Assembly: GCA_951406725.2 (NCBI GenBank)
Contig: OX597815.1
Location: 15,934,001-15,998,000, forward strand
DNA: 64,000 nt
Source of the DNA: Octopus vulgaris
Taxonomy: Eukaryota
Direction of reading: 5' to 3'
Positions 11,831 to 25,300 of this stretch are shown here, in pieces. Position 1 is the stretch's first letter. Each line of letters starts with the position of its first letter. Position numbers and translations under genes: made by a program. The notes under the pieces were generated by a model that made no database searches, was not told the origin of the DNA, and saw nothing but the letters and a program-made list of their open reading frames with translations.

Positions 11831-12501
11831 GGATCACTGGTTGCTTGCCATCGTTCAAGTTGGGCTGGTCAATGAAAACACATTTTGTTGGCTGTGTGAA
11901 AAATAACAGAAGAAAAACTTGTAATTTTTTTTACTGAATATTTATTGCAGGACGTTGGCTATTTACAATGAACAATATTAATGACTACCAATTGGGAGAG
12001 AGAAAACTACTCTGAAATTATGACAACATATGGTTCAAAAATATAGTCATCTGTGCAAATCTCCATGGCAACAGAAGTGCATTAGGTGTCTGCACTCTAA
12101 GCTACACACCAAATGGATTTTAGAGAGGATTAGAGGTTTTATTCAAGAACAGTTGAGAAAACCATATCGTGCCACAGCTTCACAGATTGATTGATTCAAA
12201 GGCTGATCATGTGAAACTATGGTGGTTCGCTAGTGGTGTCTGCTCAAGTATCTTGCAGTTAGGTTTCAAGTCGCCACTGTTACAGATATTGAATTAATGT
12301 TGTATGAATAAGTAAGCTCCCACAAGTATTCTGGATCGGAATCTTTAATGATAGTTTGCAAGAGAAATTGCTTCGAGACAACTGATCAAGATTCCACTTG
12401 CCCCAATGTGTATTATATGAAATATTGTTTTCTTTGTGGATGCAGAATATGCGAATCTGTTCTGTATACGTAATTAGTTCTATATTTAGTAAGTTCTCTG
12501 A

Positions 12502-12546
<45 letters not shown>

Positions 12547-12581
12547 GGGAGATGGTGTGTGTGTGTGTGTATTGTTTAGAC

Positions 12582-12833
12582 CAGCGGTTCTTAATCGGGG
12601 TTCATTTGACCCTTGATGGGCCACGTAAGATTTTGTTAACATTTATGTGCAATAAATAGAGTATACTTCAACAATACATTAACATTTTAACAATTTTTTA
12701 ATACGATTCCTAATAATATTTGAATATAAAAATATAATAGGGTTTTTTAAAACATCGAATGGCTATGAGAGTCCAACAACAAAACCGGCATCAAGAGAAT
12801 CCAATGATAAAAAAAAATGGTTGAGAACCGCTA
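12582..12833. mobile_element. hAT (Charlie-like) MITE
   Basis: TIRs CAGCGGTTCTTAATC / GGTTGAGAACCGCTA, 8-bp TSD gtttagac / ttttagac; a related internal fragment lies at ~19720-19865. Confidence 0.85.
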
Positions 12834-13959
12834 TTTTAGACTAAGGACATCTCTGATTGAGCAGGCTTTATAATCGAAGGCACTCCGGTTTTAAAGTCTA
12901 GTATACAGAAATACACATGCATACTCACAGGAGTAAATTTTACCAATTCGTTCTTGTTTTAAGGCAGTAGATGTGATTTGGGGGAATTTCGCGACTACAT
13001 TTTGTAGAACAAGACTCCTGTGCTGGCTCGATTGTAATGTGTAAACTGAGTCGGCATGTTTTATATGCTATTTGATAACGATGCACTTGCTGAAATTTTA
13101 AAATGGATTGAATCATTCACAATTATTTGTTGAGGCAGGGATGTTAATTTTGACACGTGGAAACATTTTTGAAGGTCCGAATGTGTTTTTGTAAGCACTA
13201 TAACACATAAAATGTCTGCTCAATGACTGACCAGGGGTTGCTACAGCATTTGTTTATTGTAAGGGTACTACTAATGTCTATTTCACGCCTACTAATCAAT
13301 GCGTGTTTTATCTGCTGTAGTCTTGTGGGACCATTTTAGCGAAGCATTTTCCCTTCTATTAAAATAATCTAGAAAGACATTCCTACAGTATATTTGAGGT
13401 TGAATAAATAAGGCGTAAAGTAATATTTATATATGAAAAAAAAAAAGTTGATAGGAATACACAGAAAATGGCATTTTCGTCATATCACCAGTGAAAGACG
13501 GTTTATTAAATGCAATAACCCTCGTTATTTATCAGGGCTAACGCAAAAAAGTTACGAAGCATGAGTGTCTATATTCTCTATTAAGATAAAATAATTCGCT
13601 AGAACTGCAACAATTTCCTTGTAAAACAGTTTTATAACCGGTATAATAATGTTTCTCACGCAGACCTAACGATGCATTTTACGTCATTCACTTTAGTGGT
13701 CCAACCTGATTAAATTGTTCGCATTATACTCATGAATAAAAGAAACTATTATGAACATAATAAACGAAGAAAGTGCTTAAATTCTAAATATTTTCCTCGT
13801 CTCTCTGATTGTTTAGTATTTTATATACGTTCGAAAAAATATTTCATTTTTGTATTTTACTCCATTAATGTTAACTTTACCATATTAAATTGTTAATTAT
13901 TCCCCATATACAATTAATATACTATATCGAAACGAGTTTAAAACTGATAATAAAATTCG

Positions 13960-13969
13960 TGTGTACACA

Positions 13970-14014
<45 letters not shown>

Positions 14015-14204
14015 ATATATATATAGATAGATATACACACACACTCTCTCTCTATATATATATAGATAGATATACACACACTATGTATATATAGATAGAT
14101 ATACACACACTATATATAGATATACACAATATATATATATATATACTTTACTTTTGCGTACACACACGAACATATATATATATATACATACACACACACA
14201 CACA

Positions 14205-14239
<35 letters not shown>

Positions 14240-14280
14240 CGTGTGTGTGTATACGCAAAAGTAGCCGTATATATATATAT
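13960..14280. repeat. Compound (TA)/(CA)/(TAGA) microsatellite
   Basis: Direct inspection. Confidence 0.9.
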
Positions 14281-15692
14281 GGCTTAAATAAGCTGCCATG
14301 TTGTTTATTGTCTATTTCCTACTACGCCATGGCGTCAAATTATGTAAATATCAGATACTTTTTACATTAATAAAATTCCATTTACTTAAAATATTGAAGT
14401 GTCTGTAGAGGAAATAGATTTTAAAATTTTTCTTGCAGAAGTTTATTTAGAGGCGGCAATCACCTAATTCACGAAACACTGAAAATATGTTTAATGAGGT
14501 CTACAAGTAGCTGTGACGTCTGAAGTATCATGCGACCTATTTCTTCCTCACAAAGAAACTCGGCAAACGTACAACAATGATTTATTTTCAGTAATAATAA
14601 TGATTTCAATAATGGCGTAGTAGCCATTAAGAAGTAAACAAAAAAACTGGATATTAAGTTTTTGTGTTTAAATAGTAATGGTTCTGAATTGAAGCTTGCT
14701 GTTACAGTCTACATAATAAATGACTTTTGGGGAAGAAAATAGCTCCAAGGTCAGAAGAGCTTTGGCGCTGTAAAGCAAAATGCACTGTGATAGATGATAT
14801 ATGATATATGATTGATGAATAGTACGGAGAGAGAGGGAATTTTATTCAGAAAAAAAAACCCCATCCTTATGTAGTTTATTTTGGAAATAAAAATGGGGGA
14901 ATTAAAACAAATATAGAGAAGAATTATTGGGGGAGAAATATATATGTCGCCATATGGAATGTTTCAGAAAATAGTAGTTTGATGATTGATGGCGAATAAA
15001 ATGGTAAGGAGTGATTGATTAAGAAAAGTTTTATTTGGAGCAGCTGCGCTGGCAACAAAATAGCAGCGACTGGGCATAAAGTAGAAATAACGCCAGTGCA
15101 ATTGTTTGTTGTAATTGGTTATAGAGGCGATGGTCGAATCGGCCAGTTCCCGTCATCACTACAAACATGAATAAAACATAGTGGTAGCAGATCAGCCATA
15201 TTGAGGTGGTAGCGGTAAGAGTAGAAGATGTAGAGAGAGCGACAGGTCGCCGCTATCAGTTGGCCAGCAGCAGTCAGTCAGACGTATTTGGATGGTCTCT
15301 GTTCCTCTCTCTTCTTCTTTACTCACGGAAACAGAAGAGATATTTATATATATATATATATGTATATATATTAAATAGATAAAAATTAAAAAAAAAAAAA
15401 AAAAAAAGCAAATATACGGAACAGAAACAAAGACCGACCACAAATTTTTTTTTTGCCTTCCTTGTTTTTTTTTTTTTTTTTTTTAATATCGGCAAAATTT
15501 CTCGTTGAGTAAGGGATAAAAAAGAAAAACACACACACACACACACACGAAACAAAAATAAAAGAAAAGAGAGAGAAAAAAAAAAAAAAAAATTCCCCCC
15601 TCCTCCTCCGCCGACATTCGCCGTCTCTCCTTCGCTCAGACCAGTCGCCATTGTAATAAGCGGAGGAGAAGTGTTTCTCAGTGTTTTAAAGC
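14280..15692 (+). promoter_or_regulatory. Putative FUBP promoter and 5' UTR region
   Basis: CpG-retaining, TE-free region upstream of the ATG, with YY1-like GCCAT(N)TT motifs (GCTGCCATGTTG ~14292, CAGCCATATTG ~15193) and a CRE-like TGACGTC (~14514). The TSS cannot be placed from sequence. Confidence 0.5.
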
Positions 15693-15743
15693 ATGGAACC
15701 CACTCAGTCAGCTTTTGCTGATGCTGTCGCCCGAGCAAGACAG
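15693..15743 (+). CDS. FUBP1: FUBP exon 1 (coding part) [17 protein letters not shown]
   Basis: ATG at 15693, donor CAG|GTAAGA, phase 0; resembles FUBP1 N-box AFKDALQRARQ. Confidence 0.9.
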
Positions 15744-16267
15744 GTAAGAGCAAAACGATCGCTTTTTTTTTTTTACACATTTTCCTTTCCAGCAAATCAC
15801 CCTTCTATGACCTCTACATTATACCATTCCTTCTTCAGAAATCCTTATATGTGAGTATCTTGTGTGAAATTTCCGTGTATGAAAAAAAAAAGAAGCCTCG
15901 AATCAAACCCAACACCACGTTAGCCATTATGGTGATGTTAAAGCCAGCCAGGCGCTGCTCACTCTCCGCTTCTTCTTTGCCTTATTACATCTCCCATTCA
16001 TATCTACCAAATTAATAATTCACTGAAATATTTCCATTAGTATTCGAATTATTCCGTCCGATACTCATATATCGCCTAAATTGCTATTCTATCGTGTTTT
16101 TTTCAATTTTCTACATAGAATTTTTCCCCCAAAACCCGTCTCTTCGTTTTCTCTACCTCGTGGTGGTTCATCTTTCACCGAGAAAATTAGGAAAATTTTC
16201 TTCATTAACACGACACTAATTATCGAAACTAGAGTTTAAAACAGATAAAATTCGTGTGTACACACAC

Positions 16268-16304
<37 letters not shown>

Positions 16305-19300
16305 TATATATATATATATATATACATACACACTATATATATATATATATATATACACTCTCTCTCTCTCTATATATATATATACACACTATATATATAC
16401 ATACACAATATATATATATATATACATACACACTATATATATTTATATACATACTATATATATATATATACATACACACTATATATATATATATATATAT
16501 ATACATACACACATATATATATATACATACACACTATATATATATATATACATATACACACACTATATAAGCGAACATTTTTCTATATATACATTTAAAC
16601 ATCGAATAAATTAAATAGTCTATCATTTATTTTATCCGATTATTAATTATTTAAAGGTGAAGAAGTCGGCGCAAATTCTTTCCCCATTTTTTTTTCTCCT
16701 TTTTATATTTTATTCAAATATTAAAAAAAAAAAAAAAGGATTCAGTTTTAAATAATATCCTCTTAGATTTTTCTATTATCGAGTTTAAAAAAAATAATTA
16801 ACTCGATGCTATTAATCCGATGTTGGTTCGTTTTCATTGTCCCTACAAAATTTTCTGTATTTTTGGTTGCTCTTCGCTGGTCTCCTCCATGTTGCCTTCC
16901 TTCCTTTACAATAAAAATCTCACACGATTCTTCTTCTTCTTTCTCAGTCCTCGTTCGTTTTTCCACCTATCCTATCCACATGCTTGGGCTCTGCATTCTC
17001 CCTTCCGTTCTTTATGGGGGGAATACATAATAATTTAACGTCTGAATCCAATTAGGAAGTTAAAGGGGGGAAAAAAAAATCTACGGTGATTATTTCGAAC
17101 AGATCGGAAAAAGAAATTGCGCGTGACTATTACAGAAATTGTTTTAACAATCGAATTTTAAAAAATAATTAAAAACAAAACAAAACAAAAAAAACAATTG
17201 GTACTACTAGCGAACAGTGGTCCCGGTGCGCGCACTCGCATATCCGCGCTAGCTAGTCGTAAGTAGTCGATCCTACGACGACGTACGCGTATGTTTGTAT
17301 TTCAAGGCTGAGAATACATAGCAAAGAAAATTGAATAATATTTTGCGAACAGTCCCGGTGCGCGCACTCGCATATCCGAGCTAGCTAGTCGTAAGTAGTC
17401 GATCCTACTACGATGTGCGCGTATGTTTGTATTTCAAGGCTGAATACATATCAAAGGAAAATTGAATAATATTTCTCGAACAAAGTAAATAATTTTTTAA
17501 ACAAACTAAGGTTAGGGTTAAAAAGTCGTTGTAGGATCGACTACTTACGACTAGCTGGCGCGCACCGGGACCACTGTTCGCTAGTGGTACCAAACAGTTT
17601 TTTAAAATTGATTTATTTAAACACAAAGAAAATAAATCCAATATAATGGATTGAAAATAAGTGATGCATAACATTGTCGGCATGAAGGGGGAATGATTCA
17701 AAATACCTTTAAAAAAAATATTGTCGACATAATGGCAATCTACACCCTCCAAATTGTGTCTTAAAGTTTCATTTTTAAAAAAAATACGCCTTTTTTCAGA
17801 AAGTTAGAGGAAACTACATGGTGCTGGGGAACTAAACTAATTAGGCTATGCTCATTATAGCATCTTACGTATATGTCGTTTTGTAAATTGATTTCTTTTA
17901 AATTTGTACATTAATTTGGATCTTTAGTTACTGAATTATCATGTTTGTAATAACTCCACCAAAATGAGTGGAAAATCAGAAACAGCTCCAATTTAAAAAA
18001 AAAATCCTAAAAATTGTAAAAATAAGCGAAAAAGAATGGCAAAATTCTGGAGTAGGTATTCTTTCGTTACAAAAAATACCTTGCAGGAATACACTATCAG
18101 AAAATGTTCTGATAGACTATAATCTGCACATTTAAAAACAAGTATAACAAAATCATTAACTTATAGTGTCTTTATATATCATTTGTATGAAAAGCAGGCA
18201 AAATTCCTTTGGTGCCATAGAAGACAAAGAAAACACCTTAAAATTTGGAGTGTGTTAAAGGAAAACCTCACTAAGTCAGTTGTCCATGAGTCAGAAGCAA
18301 CAAAAGTAGAGAATATGTATTGCTAGTCGTGGCATCTAAACTGATGAGAATGTTGCCATCGGTTTCGTGTTGAATATTGATTGCTTACTCCACTTAATTG
18401 CACGGCTCTTCCAGACATGCTGGCCGGAAGCCGTGTGTTATTAGAATCCCTGCAAGACTCAAGGAGAGGTAATCGTGGTTTAAACCACTTTTGAAAACTA
18501 CAATGAAACGAAAAAATTATTTAATCCTTTTTTTTTTGTCGAACATTGGGAATGATATCGGCTTTAGTGTTAGTTTTACAAGGATGTGTGTAGCACGCAA
18601 AAATGTTTTTGCTTTTCTTAAAAGCACTTAGATTAAATTTATATTGCAGGAATTCTTGGATCAATTTACGTTAACAGATATCTAATTGGTAACCTTTGAC
18701 TTGATAGTGTTAAATCTTTACATAAAATTACGATAGAAATTTTTTTTTAATTTCACGTCCGATTCCAATTGGTTTTGAAATTATCTGAGATTACATGCCT
18801 TCTTTTGGATACCTTACGTGGTAGTACTTATTATCAGTCCTTCATCGTGTCTGTTTAAAATACTTTTAGTTTGATTCACTGTCACTTTTATTTGAAGGGA
18901 GCTCATTACCCCATGTGATGAAATCCCAGAAAGGAGTTTCTTCGTTATTACAATAATCAGCCGTAATTGGTATTAGTACATGAAGATGTAAGGGACATAA
19001 CTGTGGTTTGTTTGGCTGGGAGAAGGATTTCTTTTGGTTTGTGATCACAAACTGAAAAAGTTTCTTTTCGAAATATTTTTGATTTCTCGTTTTAAATATT
19101 CTTTATAATTGCTCGACTGAAGGCGGTGCTCCAGCATGGCCACAGTCAGATGACTGAAACAAGTAAAGAGTATTAAAAATTTTATGGGTTTTTTTGTATG
19201 CACATTGCTTACAACATTTTTTTCACTTTTAAAGAATGCTTGCAACTACTAGAAACAGGGTACTGTTTAAGAAGAGTGTTTCTTTCCATTTGATAAATTG

Positions 19301-22300
19301 TTATATTAAAAGATAATTTACAAATTTTCACGTTTAATCTGCTGACAAATTCTTATGGTTTTAGGTTACACACATTCACGGTTCTTGACATGAATGTAAG
19401 CCTTAAACTATTTCAACAATTTCCTGATGGAATCTCTACTTTCGTTTGTTTGTCTTGAAATCTGATGCAATTATTCCAAATTTATAAACTCTAAGGCATT
19501 TAACTGCTAACCACCAGTACATATGCTCTACAAGGCAGTGTGGCGATTTACTAAATGCATCTGTTCATTGTTACAACCATAGCGTTGAATTTACGTATTA
19601 ATCTCAATGATGTAAAAAGTGAATTGTACCTACAATGTTCTTTGGGCGATCTTTCGTTTTGACTCGAAAATATGTAAACAATTCGATGGTTGCTGTGATG
19701 TCTTGTCAACCTTTGTTGCTTGAGTTTACGTGCAATAAATTGATTATTCATAAAATATTTTAATGTTTTAAATGCAATTCCTAATAATTTTTAATTATAA
19801 AAATATAATAGGTCGTTTTAAACATCAAATAGCTGAGACGAGTAGAGTAAAATCGGAATCAAGGTTTAAAAAAAAATACACTGCTTTATTAGCTCTTCAT
19901 TCTAGGTTGGGGACTTCCCACGTGAAATAGTTCCTGAGTTAATAGATATCAGGTTATATTTAATATCAGATTAAAATTCACCATAAACAAACAAAAAATT
20001 ACCAGTTGGTGTTGAAAGATTGATATTCAATATCAACTTTCTGAAAGCCATGTCACTACCAATTGCTTGGAAAACTGGTCTTTCCACTGATGGTATCTAC
20101 TTGATAGTAAGCGCTATTTAAAGGTCATTTTTCGACTCGGATAACCAATATTTTGTGACTCATGTTTGCAAAAAATTGAATGGTGAGGTGGGAATGAGAC
20201 GGGGTTCAGAATTAAGCATCCCATAAATTATGCTAGAACAGATTACGCGACAGACAAGAAGGCTGCACAAATTTATTCACAAGCGATATCAGTTTTTTTC
20301 TTTTATGATACCTGTCGAATGTTTTGAAATATTTGTGGTTTTTACTGCTCTTTCCTGTTCATTAAGTCTTAATTTACAGTTAGGGTGCTCGCCCCGAGTT
20401 GGTTTCCTCAACTGTTTGAAAATTTCGTATTTATGAGGTTTTGCAGAGACACGCTTTCGAGGATGTAGATTACAATTGTGTTGATGTAATTTAGAAGCAA
20501 AATTTTTGGGAGGAATTTCGTATAATTCTATTTCATTCATTTATCAGATTTATGTTTGAAGTATTAACATTACATTATTTTATTTCGTTCTTTGATTTGG
20601 TTTACAAGATTTTTTATGTGTGAGTTCGTGTGTTGAAGCATATTATATTGTGTCTGAGGAGAGTCATTCTCTTTTGGTGCCTTATAATTTAACACACTCA
20701 CCGGTAAAATTTCCACCCTTTTTTTTTTTATTTTTCTAAAATTCGTTGTGTCTTGCAACCTTTTCAGTAGTTTTGAGTCAAAACTATCGAAAAGGTTGCA
20801 AGACGCAACGAAAATTTTAGAAAAATAAAAAAAGAAATAAATTTTACCGGTGAGTGTGTTAAATTATAAGGCACCAAAAGAGAAGGAACTCCCCAGACAC
20901 AACAGAACATTACATTATTTATTTTCCCGAATGTGCACTTCTGCAAAATATTTGGAGGTTTAGTAGGAAACAAAAACAGAAGTGAGAGAATAGGCCAGAA
21001 CTTCTTACTGGTGTTGTCAGCATGATTGCAATCTCACCTTCAAAAGCACCGCTACAAAATTCAATTAAAAAGTTTTTCAAAAGCTATGAGGAAACAGTCG
21101 GGATGGGAGATGCCAAATAGCATTTTTTCCATCGTTGGTACGTTATATTCATATGATGATGATGATGATATATATATATATATATATTTATAATCTGTTC
21201 TCTGTGTGTTATAAAATTTACCACCCAAGGTGCTAGAAATAACACGCTAACTGCTGTCTGTTTTTTGACAGAGCTGCCAAAATTTGAAATAAGTGGCGTG
21301 CCTTTTTTATGTATAGTTCATAGTGATCTCTACTGTGGTGCAAATCAGGAATAGCGCTCTTATTGATAATTTTCTTTAAAATTGGTGCATTTTGGGGATA
21401 ATGCAGTTTCGCCACCTCTCCTTAAAAAATGCCCCCTTTTTTTATTATTATTTTCGCAGTCCTACGTTTTGGGAGGCTAATGCAAGTTTCGCACCTCTCT
21501 TTGAAAAAAAATTTTTTTTTTTTCAGATCCCTACGTTTTAGATATCGGAGATTACAAATATGCAAAAAAAAAAAAAAAGTTTTAACCCTAAGCCACCAGT
21601 CCTCCACCATTTAAAATTTTGAACTTTTTCAAAAAAAATTTTCCCTGTTTTAGATGACAGATTCCGAATATGCAAGAAACCGCGTTTTCAAAATTTTAAA
21701 TTCAATAAGCATTATGTATATAAAGAGATAGATATGAATGAGTTGACAAATATATTTTATGAATAAACGGACAGGGATAAATAGATAATAAATAAATGGA
21801 TGAGAAGGTTTAAAATTGGGGGAAGGGGTGAAATTTGTGCCCCTTATTAAACTCATTTACATTAAATTACTATTTAAGGCAAGCACTAGTAAAACGTAAA
21901 TTCTTTTCACTTTAATGTTTTTGTCTATTTAATTTCGATTTGCATGTGTTCATCAATTTTCTACGATCTCTTGAAAGTAAACAAAATAAAACATTTAAAT
22001 TGGGCGGGGGTGGGATGAAATTAAAAAACAATTTTTTGCATATTCGTAATCTCCGACGTCAAGAATCCGGAAAGACTCTTTCCAAAAGATGTATTTTTTC
22101 AAGGAGAGGTGCGAAACTGCATTAGCCCCCATTAAGGTGTCGGAGATAACGAATATGCAAAAACAAAACCCCTCCCATTTAAATTTCTGATTCTTTTACT
22201 TTAAAGAGATCGTAGCGAATTGACGAACATGTGCAAATCGAAATTAGACAAAAACATTAAAATGAAAAGAATTTGTGTTTTACTTGTGTTTATAATCGTA

Positions 22301-25300
22301 AATGATAATGTTATAAAGTTTAATAAAGGGCTCAAATTTCATCCCCTCCCCCAATTTTAAATTTTGAACTTTTTCTTTTATTTATTTATCCGTCTAACTG
22401 CATTAATCCCTCCGTTTCAACGACCTTTATATATAAATATACAAATGTTTCATTTTTCTCTCTTCCTTCGCCCAGCTTTGTGCTTTTGTAATGTGTATAT
22501 ACGTCTTCCTGTTTGTTGCTCGTCTTAGAACTGATGACGGTTTGTTTATATCCCTGTTCAGTTTGCTGAAAAGATACTGGTTTGCCTGTGTGCCTTGCCC
22601 TCATCTTGATATTTGTATGATAATCGTAAACAAGCTACCAATCATACAAGCAGTGTCATTTGTTTGCAATATTTTGACTGATAGGTTGCTTGTTTCAAAG
22701 ACTTAAAGAATTATTACCTTGGGTGAAACCATTTGAGAGTTGGCAACAAGAAAAGCATCAGGCCATGCAAGCATGGCAAAATGCACGGTTGGACAGCTTG
22801 ATAAGATCCGTTGTTAAAAGATTTTATTATGTTCTAATATCTGCATTGGCGCAGCTTTTAAAGCTTCATGCACTGCCTGATGCCAACCACTTTCCAGAGT
22901 GCTTTTGTGTGTTTGTGTGTGGCACCAACTATAAAGAAGGCAGCTTGAAATTTTCAGGATTAAAGCTGAAAGTGGACTCTATGACTGAAGGAGAGTAGAT
23001 GTGCAGAGATGTACTGCATCTTGGTTGAGTGATGAGAGTAAAGTATAAAAGTAACTTGACCTATCTTGAATATTTTGATATTCTGACACCACAATTTGGC
23101 AAACTAAGGGGATAATTGAACTGTCAACTATACCTGGATTTCATAGTGATAAAACTTGCTCAGTAGTTTAGTCCAGTAGCATACTGTCTTTGTAATAAGT
23201 GTATACTTTTTGTAATGTAACGTAAACAATCTCTTACAAGAAGGTAGAAAATAGCCAACTCTGATGTCTGTATCAATCTTTGCAAATGAAAGAAATTCAA
23301 GAGTATCGAGTAATTTTGAAAGAAGAAAGTTGCAATGAGATGGTTGTAGTCACCTGTAGCAATTTTTCAAAATGAATACATAGATGATACCATTAAACTG
23401 CAAGTAGAATATTGAAATGGAATATTTACTGTAAATTTTGCAGACAAGAACTTCTGGAATAAAATAAGGTTTATATGTTGTTTGTATTGGTGCAGATGAT
23501 GGTTACTCGCTTAATATTGGTAAACTGCCTCAGTTCTTCATGATTTTATGGCAAAAATTGAGTTGGTTTTCCCTTTTGGGGTTCTCATAAATAACTTATG
23601 TGTACAGAATATAAGAACTGGATCTATATCTTAATTATTAGACTAATATAATTTTAAAGGTTAGTTGTTTTTTTTTAAAGCTTGGCCCAGAATATTGATA
23701 GCATTTAATCCTTTTGTTACTGTATTTATTTTGAGATGCTCTGTGTTTCTTCCAATTATTTTAAATATAACAAAGAATTTAGTAAAATAACTTAGTTATC
23801 ATTCAGCTAGTGTTAGGAACATAAATTGTGACTAAGGTTTGATGGAAGATTTTAATTCAAAAATTATGAAAACAAGACATTAGTACTACAGAGCCAGAGC
23901 CGGTTTCAGCCAGGTTGGTAATGAAAGGGTTAAAAGCTCATTGGAAGTCACATTCTAGAGCATTGTGAAGTCACAATGTATTTCAGTGCTGTACATATTA
24001 AATTGAAAGAAGCTGCTCTGTATCAATGTTAAACATTACCAAAGTATATGTACTGGTCTTTGTCTATTTCTTCCAGCAGAACTAAATTGGATCAGCATTA
24101 CACATACTGTGTGCAAGTTGATGGTCACATTTGGGAACTCACTGAGGCTTAATAATAGCAGTGGGCTTCGTCAGTTTGATGAATTTGGTTTGGTGGGGGT
24201 CTGTAACAAGTTGCTTAGAATATTCAGGATATTTTTTTAGGGAGCCAGACTGAAAATTTGTTAGACACATTAACCAGGATTTTATGTGAAGTTAACCAGC
24301 AACAGAAACGAGCTCTACCATGGTGCAAAAATTGCATTGTAAGAGGACATTCTACAAGATAATGCTCCTTTAGATATGTGAAAGAACCTATGAAAGAAGT
24401 TGATACCTTAATTATATTAGATCCAAGTCTAAGGGCTAGATATGAATTAGGTTTTCTGCATTGTAGTTCTTGTCGAGTAACTTCTTCTTGATTTTAGGGA
24501 TAAATTTGCTAACATCAAGTTCCCTTTCCCCAAAATCATCACAGTTTGAATAAAACCCATATTTTAGTCTCTTTCCTTCATTGGATAAGAAAAATCCTCT
24601 TTTTTTTTAAATCAACATTTTCAAGCTTTTTATATATATATATATATTGGGAATTTTTGACTGGTAAAATTTTGACACTGTTCACTTACCATTTGTGCAT
24701 ATGTTCCAATTTTAAAATGCCCTAAAGCTCCTAAAATAAAACTTTTGGCCTACTTTTTTGCATGTTGGCTCAGGCACAGTTTTCGGAAATGGCAGCAAAA
24801 TAAGCATTTAGAGACCCTCAACTTTTTGAAATCTGTCTTTAGTTCATAATGGTAACCTGGAGTGAGTGCTGGTTGGAAGTGCAATTTGGCACAAGTTGAA
24901 ATATGTATTAGATAGGGGGTTGAGGATATCATAGAGCCTGTATATGTTTTTATCTCTATATAATGCAAACTTTTTAAATATATAACCATGTCTGCACATA
25001 TACACACATGTATAAACATTTTAATTTGTTGCATTTTTCAAGTATGACAAATATGTATAACACTAATTTTGCTATTCCTCAGATTGCCGCCAAAATAAAC
25101 CAACCTGCTGGAGATGGACAGGGTATCAAGAGACCCTTTGAAGATGGAGCTGGATATGGTAAGTATTCATATAAAAAATTTTTTGCCTTTACTATTCATG
25201 GCTTGAATTTATGAAATATTTTCGAAACTTGCTGTTCAGCACAAAGCAACTTGTTTTCTGAAGAAGCAACAATTAAATATTTCATTTATAATTGCTTCTA

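Noticed and set aside
16254-16598. YIHT-rich ORFs
   Set aside because: Microsatellite translations.
17210-17480. CRISPR-like repeated units
   Set aside because: Two ~135-bp tandem units inside a TIR element, no spacers, eukaryotic context.
18335-18440. CTGATGA plus a GC-rich hairpin (hammerhead ribozyme or C/D snoRNA?)
   Set aside because: No correctly placed GAAA core or D box with a terminal stem. The CTGATGA at ~22531 fails in the same way.
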